A stretch of DNA of 38,210 nucleotides. It comes from Octopus sinensis (Eukaryota). Positions 22,325 through 34,555 of this stretch are shown here, piece by piece. The number at the start of each line of letters is the position of its first letter. Within the stretch, counting starts at the first letter, position 1. The translations under genes were made by a program, and so were the position numbers. Below the pieces are notes generated by a model that did no database searches, had not been told where the DNA came from, and was given only the letters and a program-made list of their open reading frames with translations. The stretch lies in contig NW_021835811.1 of the NCBI RefSeq assembly GCF_006345805.1, positions 1-38,210 of the forward strand, in the 5' to 3' direction.

Positions 22325-22502
22325 ATACAACTTTGGTTTTAAGGTTTGAGCCGTTTCTCTCCAATAAGTATTTAAAGACCTCATTTGCGACATTGTCAAG
22401 TCTGCAGAGGAATGGAATTTTGTCAACCGGTGAGAGGTTGTTACCGCAGGCATAGAGGCTCCTTCGTTTGAGGACGCGTAGACACGATGCGATACCGTAA
22501 CA

Positions 22503-23265
22503 CAGCGGTCACCAAACTTTTTTCACGGCGGGCCAGATAACTGAGGGAATGACGAGCACGGGCCGCATAACCATTTTCTCCAATACAATACAGTGAATAC
22601 ACACAAAAAAATAAAGACAACCAACATATTTATTTACCAAAAACTTATCAAAGAGCAATAAGATAGTTATATCACACTCAGTGCGCACATATCCGAATCT
22701 CAGAAACTAAGCAGCAAAAAAAATGTTAGTGAGATTTGTAAAACTGGTGTTTAGCTTTTGAGATATCATCAATATTTGCATTGGAATTGCTGCGTCCAAG
22801 CAAGAGAATTGTTTTCAAATGTTCATCAGTCAAAGGCGGCGAGCTGGCAGAAACGTTAGCACACCGGGCGAAATGCTTAGCGGTATTTCGTCTGCCGTTA
22901 CGTTGTGAGTTCAAATTCCGCCGAGATCGACTTTGCCTTTCATCCTTTCGGGGTCGATAAATTAAGTACCAGTTACGCACTGGGTCGATGTAATCGATTT
23001 AATACCTATGTCTGTCCTTGTTTGTCCCCTCTGTGTTTAGCCCCTTGTGGGTAATAAAGAAATAAATATCCGTCAGTCAACCTCGTTCGATATTCTGACT
23101 TTACATACTTCATTATTGAAAATGATTGATCACAGACATGAGTTGTTCCAAACACTAACACCATACCAGAGGCAAATAAACTCTCATTGCAGGTACTTAC
23201 ACAGAAGGTACAGTGTGGCGGTGGGCCGGATCCGACCCGCAGGCCGTAATTTGGTAGTGGCCTAG
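22503..23265 (-). mobile_element. Internally deleted hAT (Charlie/SPIN-like) DNA transposon, split by SINE C
   Basis: Minus strand FGTTHVCDQSFSIMKYVKSEYRTRLTD | LTDEHLKTILLLG..NIDDISKAKHQFYKSH*, matching the hAT C-terminal dimerisation domain. TIR-like CAGCGGTCACCAAACTTT at 22503 and GC-rich subterminal GCGGG(C/T)CGGATCCGGCCC at the other end. Confidence 0.8.
22833..23064 (+). mobile_element. SINE family C monomer with a decayed 16-bp TSD
   Basis: Flanks are AATGTTCATCAGTCAA and AATATCCGTCAGTCAA (13/16 identical). Confidence 0.88.
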
Positions 23266-23469
23266 CATGTAGAAAACTAGTCAATAGACTATATATTGTT
23301 CATATAAATACAGTGTACATTTAAACACATAAGAGGTGACTATCATAGCACACCTAACATACTAGAAAGAGTAGCCAAATCCAAACCACTATTAGGGACA
23401 AAATTCGAAGGGAATGAAAACTAAAAACATTTACCACCTATCTCCTGGACCATAGTTTCTAGCTCTAAA

Positions 23470-23867
23470 TCTTTATATATAAAAGTGAGGTTGTGTGCTG
23501 TCTGTCTCCTACGATTTAGATTTCTAACTACTCCCACATTTTGCGGTGCAGTTTAACCAAAACCGGGTATCTTATAGTCGTGATTCATATCGAGCCCTTC
23601 TGGGTATTAGCGCGCGTCTACGATGAGTCTACGATTAAAAAAAAAAATTACCATCAATTTTTTCCATTTTTAATGCATTTTTGGCATATATAAGGGAAGT
23701 AACTCTCTAAAAATTTATTATTAAATCTCAGAACGTAAAAAGCTACAGTAACACCCCCACCCTTTGTGGTTAGCCATATTGAGATGGCTATTATACTTTA
23801 CATCTCTAAAAATGCTTATATAGTTATTTCCCTTACAAACCCGAGCAACGCCGGGCGATACTGCTAG
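23470..23867 (+). mobile_element. Non-autonomous Helitron
   Basis: 5' A|TCTTTATATATAAAA, subterminal hairpin CCCGAGCAACGCCGGG (23840-23855), 3' CTAG|T, inserted between A and T. Confidence 0.85.
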
Positions 23868-24276
23868 TTAGCAAATAAAATAATTTGCTAGGCGAAGCCT
23901 TCATCAGCAGGTACGCCAAGGTTAACTTATAAATACGAGGCAATCCAGCATGTGCCTCGTGCTTAAGTATTATAATTTTTCAAATCCACATAACACGATG
24001 CATTCAAAGGAATAAAACGAGGCTGCACACTTAACTTCTTTCTACTTAAAAGCCAAAAGTAAGTTGCATGTTTACTGCTTTTTGTCAATAACAGGATGTA
24101 AATTTTTAGAAGGATTACACAACAGTTGGCAAGTCTGAACTAAAACGAAAAAGCTGTTTTGCGAAACAAAAATATGTAAAGAATTTCATCGAACACTATT
24201 TGTGAGATTACTCACATTGAATACTAATTGTTTTGCAGATAATATTTTCACATGAGAAAAGCATTGGTGAGTCATT

Positions 24277-24440
24277 AGGCGTAGGAGTTGCTGTGTGGTA
24301 AGTAGCTTGCTTAACAACCACATGGTTCCGGGTTCAGTCCCACTGTGTGGCATCTTGGGCAAGTGTCTTCTACTATAGCCTCAGGCCGACCAAAGCCTTG
24401 TGAGTGGATATGGGAGACGGAAACTGAAAGAAGCCCGTCG

Positions 24441-24498
<58 letters not shown>

Positions 24499-24706
24499 CG
24501 TTTGTGCGTCTGTGTTTGTCCCCCAACATTGGTTGACAACCGATGCTGGTGTGTTTACGTCCCCGTAACTTAGCGGTTGGGCAAAAGAGACCGATAGAAT
24601 AAGTACTAGGCTTACAAAGTATAAGTCCTGTGGTCGATTTGCTCGACTAAAGGCGGTGCTCCAGCATGGCCACAGTCAAATGACTGAAACAAGTAAAAGA
24701 GTAAAG
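24277..24706 (+). mobile_element. SINE family A
   Basis: Full-length homology to family A. Confidence 0.9.
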
Positions 24707-24759
24707 GGTTATCCGTCCCCGAAATTAGGATAAGAATACCCTAATTTTATAATATTAAT

Positions 24760-24945
24760 TTCAAATTTTGTGACAAGGCCAACAATTTCGGGGTGGGGTT
24801 AAAACGATTAGATCGACCCTACCGATAGATTGGGACTTATTTTATCGATCCCGAAAGGATAAAAGGCAAAGCTGACGCTGACAGCATTTGAACTCAGAAC
24901 ATAAAGACGGATTTGTCCAGCGCAGTAACGATTCTACCAACTCAT
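24760..24945 (-). mobile_element. SINE family C, degenerate
   Basis: Contains CCCGAAAGGATAAAAGGCAAAG...TTTGAACTCAGAAC. Confidence 0.7.
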
Positions 24946-25366
24946 CCAAATTTTATAATATTATCACAATAAAATAATGGATTCCAAGACATCTTTAGAC
25001 ATTCAACTGCATAAAATAATATAAGATTTCAGGTTTATTGAACATTTTCATTTAAATTTACTGATGAAAAGCAGGACTAGACTTCGATTGCGTATAATCC
25101 ACATTAATCCCCATTAGTCCTCATTAATCCATAAATGCTGAATGATAGCGCTTAAACTGTTAACACAGAAAGTTGTTATGATTTTAACTGTAGCAAAAGT
25201 TCATTAAGACAGGTATTAATGAAGAGGGAACAACAGAAACCTTAAGACTGACCAACAAACTCAATACATCAGATATTCATCTTAAACAAGTATCTTGCTG
25301 ACAGTGACTTCACAGTTTCAACCAGTTAAGCCATCGTCGGCCGAAACTTCGAAGTCCCTTCAAAGT

Positions 25367-25608
25367 TGTGTGTGTTTATTGAGCGAAAACACCTAAAGCT
25401 CCACGAGGCTCCGGCAGGGGGTGGTGGTGACCACTGTTGTACTCTTTCGCCCAAACGTTCTCTCACTCTTTTTTCCTGTTTCTTGAGTAACGCTGCGATG
25501 GGCTGGTGTTCCGTCCAGCTGGGGGAACACACACGCAACAGAAACCGGGAAATCGGGCCCATGAGCCTGGCTAGGCTTGAAAAGGGCGCATAAACAAATA
25601 AGTAAAAC
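25367..25608 (+). mobile_element. SINE family B, headless, with a third 3' module
   Basis: Body TTTATTGAGCGAAAACACCTAAAGCTCCACGAGGCTCCGGCAGG followed by a distinct tail. Confidence 0.8.
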
Positions 25609-25630
25609 ATATGTAACATATGGTATAATA

Positions 25631-25700
<70 letters not shown>

Positions 25701-25701
25701 T

Positions 25702-25753
<52 letters not shown>

Positions 25754-25880
25754 TGTGCAAACAATCTTAGAAGCACCGAGTGAGTCGGTATTCTATAGAC
25801 AATTTTCTCGAACACAGGATGGCTGTGGAGACAGCTTCGAAAATCGAGTAAATATCCTTTAGAAGACGGGAAAAAAAGGC

Positions 25881-25951
25881 AGTCAGCAGGCCTCGGCAGA
25901 GAATCGAACCCTGTACCTTTCAGTTCTAGCTGAGCGCTCTATTGTATTAAG
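25881..25951 (-). pseudogene. tRNA-like sequence (tRNA pseudogene or isolated SINE head)
   Basis: TAGCTTAA..TAGAGCG, a TCAG/CTGA anticodon-like stem, and CAGGGTTCGATTCTCTG. The acceptor stem pairs poorly, so it is not a functional tRNA. Confidence 0.5.
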
Positions 25952-25962
25952 CTAAGAGATCC

Positions 25963-26137
25963 GTGTGTCTTTGTGTTTGTTTGTCCCTCACCAGTGCTTG
26001 ACAACCGATGTTGATTTGCGTTTCGTCTCCGTAACTAAACGGTTCGGCAAAAGAAATCGATAGAAAAAAGTGTCAGGCTTACAACGAAGAACTGGACTAA
26101 AAACTCTTTAGGGCGATGCTCCAGCATGGCCGCCGTC
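25963..26137 (+). mobile_element. SINE family A, old 3' half
   Basis: Degenerate homology (CTTGACAACCGATG...CTCCAGCATGGCCGC). Confidence 0.7.
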
Positions 26138-26768
26138 TAAAGATTTAAGCAAAAGGTAAATGATAATAGAAAGAACAACAAACCCCTTGTTAGCAATGCG
26201 CAACGCTCGTGTAACCTTTGTTGATAAGATCCCAGTTCATGTTTCAGTAGAGACACACGCATACCAGACAGTCTTTTTTTCACTGAAACGAGATGAAGAC
26301 GATAAGCTCGGCTGATATTATTGATGGTGAAGGCAGTTGTGTCATTATGATAACGAGGGGTAGAAAGAGGAAGAAGATAATAAAGGCGAGAAGGAAGAGG
26401 AGATGTAAGGCAACTGTATAGATTTATCAACATTTGAGGCCACGTTATGACATGCACGGATATCTCTCTTTAAAATGCTCATCCCACCCCAACAACGCCG
26501 GAATTACGGAGAGATGCATTTTACAACATTGCTACCGGCAATGAGGAGTTCGATAATTATTATCATTCTTAAATAATAAGAATAATAAAGCTACAAATAC
26601 TTTTTCAGAGGACATATAACCTTAAATGCACCGAATTTTAATGGAATTCTTTTCTAATAATTGTAGAAGTATAATAACTGCATGCTCAAGTCGGGTGAAG
26701 AGTATAACGAACTCATACATCAGAATATGCGGATCAGTAGTTTTCTGTAGTTGTATAGTTAAGAAAGT

Positions 26769-27068
26769 GGAGGCACATGGCATAGTGGTTAGAGCAGCGG
26801 ACTCGCGGTCGAGGGATCGCGGGTTCGAATCTCAGACCGGGCGATGTGTGTGTTTATGAGCGAAACACCTAAGCTCCACGCGGCTCCGGCAGAAGGCAAT
26901 GGCGAACTTCTACTGCCTCTTTCGCCACAACTTTCTCTCACTCTTTCCTCCTGCATCTTGCAGCTCACCAGCGACGGACCGGCGCCCCGTCTAGGTGGGG
27001 AACCTATATGTCAAGGAAACCGGGAAACCGGCCCTTATGAACCAGAGATGGCTCGAGAAGGAACAAAC
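26769..27068 (+). mobile_element. SINE family B, older copy with a fourth 3' module
   Basis: Head GAGGCACATGGGCATAGTGGTTAGAGCAGCGG and B-box GGTTCGAATCT. Confidence 0.8.
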
Positions 27069-27709
27069 ATAGTTAAGAGAAAAGTTCGTATGAATGAGCA
27101 AAATTAACGGTGGTATCAACGAGAAAAATCTTTCGTTCTGAAATATTTAATATTTTATTGATTCAATATGACGGATTCTCCCGTCGAAACCAACGTATGA
27201 GTGTTTAGCTTTAACCGAACGACCTGCACAAACGATGTATTTATTGTGATGAAATATATGTGCTGTATGCTCACTCGCTCCATCAAATCGACGTTGTCCT
27301 GAATAGGTCATGGTGTACCACGCGTCGGGTGTCGAAGTGATCGCCGGTCTAGGAAATGAAGCTACGATCTCGCAATTGCGAATGCAACACCCTAACCGAT
27401 CCAATATTGATTAAATATCGGCGATTTTCGTAATTAGTCACTACTCGGAGTCATTCCTATCCACTTCTGTTATGCAAGGGACCTTTTTTTTCTGTGAAGG
27501 TCGACTTGCTTTTTATCTTTTCGGGGTCGATAAAATAAGTAGCAGTCGAAATTGCTGGTTTTGTGTCAGAATTTGAAACCAATATGTGAGGCCTTTTTGT
27601 CTTTTTGAAAGAATATTTACAAACAGATGTGTTCAGTTGGATCTTAAAATTAAAACCATTCTGTGCCTAAGTTCGGCACCAAACAGCCACATTGTAATAG
27701 CAGGGAGAA

Positions 27710-27968
27710 CCATTTCAACAGCCTTTTACTATTAGCTTCAGTGACCGTTGCAATAGCCGTTTAATCAGCCTTTACTACTAAGTGCAATGGCCATTGCAAT
27801 AGCCATTTAATTAACCTGTACTCTTGAATGCAATGTTTGTGTGAATAGTGCCGTGTCGATAGCCATTTCATCAACCTTTTCTACTGACTTCAATAGCCGT
27901 GTCCATAGCCGCTTCAACAGCTTGTAGCACTGACTTCAATGGTCGTGTGAATAACCATTTCGTCAACC
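27710..27968. repeat. Divergent 46-bp minisatellite, about 5.5 copies
   Basis: Units start at 27710, 27757, 27803, 27863, 27909 and 27955, with shared CC(A/G)TTT(C/A)A.CA(A/G)CC...(C/G)AATAG. Confidence 0.7.
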
Positions 27969-28344
27969 ACACCAGGTGCCACATTTTTAATACAAACGAG
28001 AAAAAATATTCATGAGCTGAATTCAACTTAAATTCAATACAAAATGAAGTATGATAATTTCACGAGTGAGAATTTCCTGGCGAGTGTAGAATGCGACTTG
28101 GTTCATTTAAAAAAATTAAGCCACATTACTTCGCAGCCAAATTTCTTACTACAAACATTTCCGTTTGGATATCTTGTGTTCTACTTCCTGCTACTTGTGG
28201 AACATTTACGGCTGCAGCAAGGCATCGTTTCTCCATCAAGGTGTGTTTAATTGAAAGAAAACTGATACGAAATAGTTTGAGGGCAATAATTTGATGGATT
28301 GTTTATTGTGAAGTCCTGCTGGGTGAAATTACTGTAAATAAGGA

Positions 28345-28938
<594 letters not shown>

Positions 28939-29216
28939 GCTAGACAAGGAACCTTTTCTTACGTTAACAGTGATTAACAGTGACACCTGACCAAACATCC
29001 ATCGGTTGTACAGTTCCGTCTCTTAATTTACAACAATGGCCCCACAACCTTACATGTTTCATCTTGCTTTGTCAACTATGATTAAAACTTTAATCGGTAG
29101 AGTGTCCGTATGCTGTCACAGATAATTACGATTCTGGGGCTGAAATAAAATATGTTTTCCTGACTTTAGGGTGAAAACTATTATTTTTCATTACATGTGA
29201 TTATAATTGTAATGTG

Positions 29217-29465
29217 AAGAAGCGTGGCCTAGTGGTTAAGGTGTTGCATTCACGATCGCTAGACTGCGGGTTCGCTTCTAGGGCCGAGTGGCGCGTTGTG
29301 TTCTTCAGCAAAACATTTCATTTGGCGTTGCACCAGACTACTGGGCTGTAAATGGGTCACACTACGATGGAATAACCTTCCGATGAGAAGCAATGTTGGC
29401 CTGCTCATCAAGCCAGCAGGACGGGGCGGGGGGCATCCATTCATTCGCCATGCTGGGCCGCTGAA
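29217..29465 (+). mobile_element. Old tRNA-derived SINE (family D)
   Basis: A-box TGGCCTAGTGG, B-box-like GGGTTCGCTTC, then GTTGTGTTCTTCAGCAAAACA resembling a CORE-type body. Confidence 0.6.
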
Positions 29466-29474
29466 ATCCACAAG

Positions 29475-29640
29475 TTTTTTTTTTCATTCTTTCACTGCTT
29501 TTGTTCTCTTATTCCTTTCTGTTGAAGAGCGTAGACTCGAAACGTAAAAGACTTTTTCTATTTTACCGAGCGTCAAGCTAATACCCTTGCTTGTTGTTCA
29601 TACACCTCTCTTCGTCTTTTGTTTTTCTATAAATTTCAAC
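29475..29640 (+). mobile_element. Short pLTR-like element with variant hammerhead (family D2, copy 1)
   Basis: CUUU-CUGUUGA-A-GAG(CGUAGA)CUC-GAAACGUA-AAAG at 29515-29550. Homologous to 37690-37860. Confidence 0.6.
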
Positions 29641-29643
29641 AAT

Positions 29644-29806
29644 GGCGCAGGAGTGGCTGTATGATAAGTAGCTTGCTTGCCAACCACATGGCTCTGTGTT
29701 CAGTCCCACTACGTGGTATCTTGGGTAAGTGTCTTCTACTATAGCCTCGAGCCGACCAAAGCCTTGTGAGTAGATTTGGTAGACGGAAACTGAAAGAAGC
29801 CCGTCG

Positions 29807-29841
<35 letters not shown>

Positions 29842-30044
29842 CTGTGTTTGTCCCCTCACCATCGCTTGACAACTAATGTTGGTGTGTTCACGTCCCCGTA
29901 ACCTAGCGATTCAGCGAAAGAGACCGATAGAATACGTAATAGGCTTACAAAGAATACGTCCTGAGGTCGATTTGCTCGACTAAAGGCGGTGCTCCAGCAT
30001 GGCCGCAGTCAAATGACTGAAACAAGTAAAAGAATAAAAGAATA
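29644..30044 (+). mobile_element. SINE family A
   Basis: Full-length homology to family A. Confidence 0.88.
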
Positions 30045-30269
30045 ATGTATAACAATAGTCTGGTCGGTCACGTGATCACGTGATAATTGTAATTAAAGCC
30101 TTGAGTTAAATTAGTGTTTCTCAACACAGCTGGCAGAGTCTTCCCCATGCAAGGAGCAGTGTAACCATGGCAGAGGGGTTTGTAAACATTTGTGGGAACG
30201 GGGGGGTAAGGGGCTGACATTTACTTGAAAAGTATGTTCAGGTATTCACTCCCATAATTTAGGGATAAA

Positions 30270-30430
30270 ACAGGTCGGCCATCTTTGATAACAAACTAGC
30301 TACTTTCACTTTCGTCAGACTGGAGCCGATAAAACTGCGTCGCTGGGCGGCAGCCATTTGTCGCCGATGATATTTTCTGGCGGAATTAATTCGCGGTTGA
30401 GGATGGGATGTTCTACTTCCGGTAGTTGTT
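30270..30430. promoter_or_regulatory. Candidate CpG-rich promoter-like segment
   Basis: Non-repetitive and CpG-rich, with YY1-like GCCATCTT and GCCATTT and ETS-like ACTTCCGGT (about 30415-30423). No TSS evidence. Confidence 0.3.
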
Positions 30431-31115
30431 GTTATTGTTGTTGAATTGTTTTTGTGTCGTTGTTCATTTGTTGTTGTTGTTCTTCTTCTTGTTTAAGTTG
30501 TAATGATGTCATTGTGTGAAGAGTGTTTAAAAATTCTTCATTGTTCATGCTATTGTTGTTGTTGTTGTTGTTGTTGTCATCTTAGCAGCAACAGGAACAA
30601 CAACATATCTAAACATCTCATACAATCACAACCTTCAATATTAAACAACAACAACAACAACGGCAACGACTCCGTCGACTGCAACAATGCAATAATTCTT
30701 AATTGCTCCATAAAACATTTCCAGCGACAAAACAAGTTGGCGACAGTCGAGCGTCGTGGAAAAAAAAACCCCAGAAATTCTGCAGTCGTTTTCAATTTTA
30801 AAACGTTGACATATGTGAGAGAAAGAGAGACAGAACGAGAGAGAGAGAGAGAGATGGGGAAGCGAGGAAGAGGAGGAGAAGAGAAGAGGTGCAGAGACAG
30901 GTGGAGAAGAGGAAAGAAAGAATAACAAGTTAAGCCATTGTGTTAGAGAGTCGAGTTGCTTTGCAAGTGTTTCTATTTTGAAGTACTGTCGTAGTTTGTA
31001 TCGTTTAACTTCAAACTCATTAAAACTTCTAATATTTTGGGAACAGTTTAAAGAACAGAACGGCATATACATATGCATATGTGTGTGTGTGTATATATAT
31101 ATATATAATATGTGT

Positions 31116-31163
<48 letters not shown>

Positions 31164-31169
31164 TTTAAT

Positions 31170-31860
31170 GTACAGAGTATGGAGATACGAGCTATTGATA
31201 GCTTCATGCATTGGAGACGCGTGTCTAGACAGGTTTTAATAAGATGCCTTGTGTTTCTCCAAGTATTCTTCAGGTTCTCACCACATGGCCTCATGGCCTA
31301 TTCAATTTACAAATCATGATGCTGAAACAAGAGGCCAATTGCTCGGAGCCCGAGGATTGCTTGGCTACACACACAAGGCGTATAATAAAATTTCAGGTCG
31401 TTTGGGCAATGCTGGTGGTATATTATTCACATCGTACAAATGATGTACCGCTCACGGCGGCGCTGAAGAGAGTAGAGCTTCAAGGCTTTAAACCGGTCCC
31501 AATAATCGCGATCAGTCATGCCTTCAATTCGTTTAGGGAGTTCCTCAGGGGTGATTCAATCCTCGCGATGTTTTGTCTTGTCTTGGGAGACCACAAGGGG
31601 CAGCAGTATTCGAGGTGTGGCCGTACAAAGGATGAGAAAAGTGGAATGACGACACCTTGTTCTCTGGACCGGAATGTTCTTTAGATCCAGGAGCTCATCC
31701 TACAAGCTATATCGACCTTATTTTTTTCACCTCCAGTAGCCTGACGTGTAAAAAATTTAGTCCCAAAAGACTAAATTTCGTTCCTGTCGAATTTTATCCC
31801 TAATTTTTGTGGTTATGGAACCTAGCTGTTCTTTCTAGCGTATTGAATTCCACGAGTGAT
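31170..31860 (-). pseudogene. Decayed CR1-group LINE, C-terminal part of the RT ORF
   Basis: Minus strand WI*RTFRSR..PLFSSFVRPHLEYCCPLWSPKTRQNIARIE and SLQRRRERYII. Confidence 0.85.
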
Positions 31861-31922
31861 TCCTTATGTGTTTAATGTACACTATATATTATGACTAATA
31901 TATATATATATATATATATATA

Positions 31923-31965
<43 letters not shown>

Positions 31966-32286
31966 ACTTCCGAACTACTGCTATATTCTAAGAATGTGTC
32001 AAATATGTCAAATATTTTGTAAATGTGCGGCTTTTGCATAAACTGAAGCTGTCGTGCCTTGAAAATCTCAAGAAAATGTATAGAACCTGTTTGCAAGTTC
32101 ATGCTACAATGTGTAAATATACACTAACTCTTTTCAATGTATCTACATTTGTGAAATTAAGTGGAACATTTATTGTTGAAAATGACAACGCAGAATAATT
32201 AATGAATAATTGACTTCACCATAATGTACATACTGGAAGTAATCAAATATAATATTTGGGTAATTATATATATATATTATATATAA

Positions 32287-32683
32287 AATAAATCTCTGAG
32301 CGAGGTATAAACAGTAGCTGCACGACATCGTGAAGTATATTTGCCACTTAAATGTGGCTAACCCTTAAGGGTGGATGCTACAGTAGCTTGTAGCCCCAGG
32401 ATGACACCTCATCCAGCTGGCTATTGACACACCTTCTGTGCCCTATCAGTATTTGCAAAGGGAAGCCATCCTTCTCATCGTCGACCTGACATGATACACA
32501 CGGACCCGAGTTTCTGGGTATTGACGCGTCATCAGCGTGTGACAATCATCGGTTGTCGATGTGAAGTGGTTCCCAATTCAAATACATGAATCCTTTTTCC
32601 AGTGACAAAAAATCACTGATATCGAAAAAGTTTAAACAAGCAATAATAAATCTCTGAGCGTGGTATAAACAGTGGCTGCACGA
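32287..32683 (-). mobile_element. 358-bp retrozyme/pLTR-like unit bounded by a 39-bp direct repeat and containing a hammerhead
   Basis: AATAAATCTCTGAGCG(A/T)GGTATAAACAGT(A/G)GCTGCACGA at 32287-32325 and 32645-32683. Confidence 0.7.
32497..32541 (-). ncRNA. Type I hammerhead ribozyme with canonical core and partly decayed stem II
   Basis: CACACG-CUGAUGA-CGCGU(CAAU)ACCCA-GAAA-CUCGGG-UC-CGUGUG. Stem I is 6 bp; cleavage triplet GUC. Confidence 0.78.
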
Positions 32684-32750
32684 TACACACACACACACAC
32701 ACACACACATACATATATATATACATATATATATATATTATATTAAATTA

Positions 32751-32910
32751 GAGATAAAACCACTATTAGGCAAATCAAACAGTGAAAAACATAAGCCAAT
32801 ACATAAATATATAATACATAATATAATTAATTATTTATACTATAAAATTGGATTTAATCTAAATCTAATTTTTCCTTTCCCTGTAAGTTTGGATTTATTC
32901 CCTAATATTA
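32751..32910. mobile_element. Rearranged (partly inverted) relative of 5632-5780
   Basis: GAGA(T/C)AAAACCACTATT..CAATACATAAA in direct orientation, then the TATTAGGGAATAAATCC segment in inverted orientation. Confidence 0.65.
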
Positions 32911-32925
32911 TTATTATTATTATTA

Positions 32926-32960
<35 letters not shown>

Positions 32961-33624
32961 TATTATGATTATTATTATTATATTATATATTATTATTATT
33001 ATATTATTATTATATATATATATTATATATTATATAATATATATATATTTGGGAATGATAATTATAATTTTCTTACCCCGCCCCAGGCCGTTATTTTGGC
33101 ATTTTTGTATTGACATTCTCATTCCTCGAATATATTCTTTGAACAATATCCTAATTTTAAAAAATCGAATATTCACAGGTATATATCAAAACGTAATGAT
33201 TAGTAAAAGATCCACCGTCATTATTGACGGCTCAGGCTCTCTAGTCATTATTAGAATTAGTTAAGTTTGAATAAACCTTTGGCACGTCCCCTTAAGCATT
33301 TATGTAACTTATCTCTTGTGTGGCTTATCTTCAATTTAACTTATCTCTACCACTCTTCAAATATTTGCAAATTCTCTGTTCAAAGTACATCGTTTTTCTT
33401 GTATTTATTCGAGCCGTTTTGGGATAATAAAGAAAATATTGTAAAAATTTTATTACCATTATTATTATTGAGCGAGAGAGTAGCGCATGGCATCATAATG
33501 ACCCTGGGGTACGATAATACAAATCCCAATATACCTATCATGACTACCCGTCTGATAAGGGTATACCAGGTACATGCATCACAACCATATGTGTGCGACA
33601 TAGTGATCTCATATCAAGATAAAC

Positions 33625-34041
33625 AGCGCATGACCTTGCAAGTGGGGCCCAGTTAGAATTTTCTTCAGGTCGAGTAACCCATCCCGCTCAAAAGGTCCTT
33701 GAATAAGGATTGTCTAAGGATGATGAAATACCCATGTTTTCAGGAGTGAATTATTCAAACCTCAAAGAATTCCTCTCAGCACATGGCTATGATGATCCTC
33801 CTCAACTTCTGCTCGTGATCAGAGATGTACATATCGTCAGTCACCAAGGGACATGCTCAACTGGTTATGGTCAAGCAATTGACAAACAAATCTGTAGTAT
33901 TGAGCAGAATATTTGCTGTAGCCCATCTTTTATACTAAGACAAAACAATGTACATGATAACACTTGCAATCAGTTGAGATCAGAAGCCATGAGAGCCACC
34001 GCCTGATATTGTATATTATTATTATTATTATTATTATTATT

Positions 34042-34127
<86 letters not shown>

Positions 34128-34145
34128 TATTATTATTATAACTAT
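33625..34145 (+). mobile_element. Probable LINE 3'UTR-type interspersed repeat ending in (ATT)n/(ATC)n
   Basis: No credible ORF. Runs directly into a trinucleotide tail. Resembles a high-copy octopus repeat from recall only; single copy in this window. Confidence 0.4.
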
Positions 34146-34555
34146 TGCAAGCTATGATAGTTAACTGGAGGGTTGTCTCGGGATTTAGTGACGAGTCTCC
34201 TCAAATCTGAAGACTCTTCTTAAGAATTCTTGCAGAATACAGGATGGTACTTTTGGTAGATTGATGATGCGAGCCTCGATTCCTATATCTTTCAGTCTCT
34301 CAGGAAGTAGTTTGGGTGGTGTACCAAGTGCAGTAATTACCACAAGAATATTCTTTGTCTTCCGCTGTCTCTTCAGCTCTTTATCTAGATCCTGACATTA
34401 TCCACATGTTGTCATATAGTATTGTAAATCTATGACCTTGTCCTGTTTCTTTTTTCCTCTACAATCAAGTCTGGTTTCCTTGCTCCAGTATTATGGCCAT
34501 TTGTAAGGAAGTCGAATAAAATCTTGTACCTGTCATTCACCACTTCAACGTGTGA
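34075..34555 (-). pseudogene. RLE domain and 3' end of an R4/Dong-like non-LTR retrotransposon with (TAA)n tail
   Basis: Minus strand VVNDRYKILFDFLTNGHNTGARKPDLIV, VITALGTPPK, ILYSARILRRV, then a short UTR and (TAA)n. Confidence 0.8.

Noticed and set aside
25881-25951. Functional tRNA gene
   Set aside because: The acceptor stem and anticodon loop are defective; kept only as a pseudogene or SINE head.
26140-26460. Possible coding exon or RTE remnant
   Set aside because: It has stops in the plausible frames and only faint similarity (VKKRL..RV), too weak to call.
27165-27195. GACGG..CCGTC-GAAAC hairpin
   Set aside because: There is no CUGANGA upstream and no closing stems.
29030-29110. Minus-strand GAAA-CATG-TA half-hammerhead
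   Set aside because: The 5' core has two mismatches, and stems I and II cannot be paired convincingly.
30503-30925. 140-aa ORF (MMSLCEEC...)
   Set aside because: It is built largely from GTT/AAC/AG simple repeats with no recognisable domain.
31244-31684. 146-aa plus-strand ORF
   Set aside because: It is the antisense shadow of the CR1-like RT fragment.
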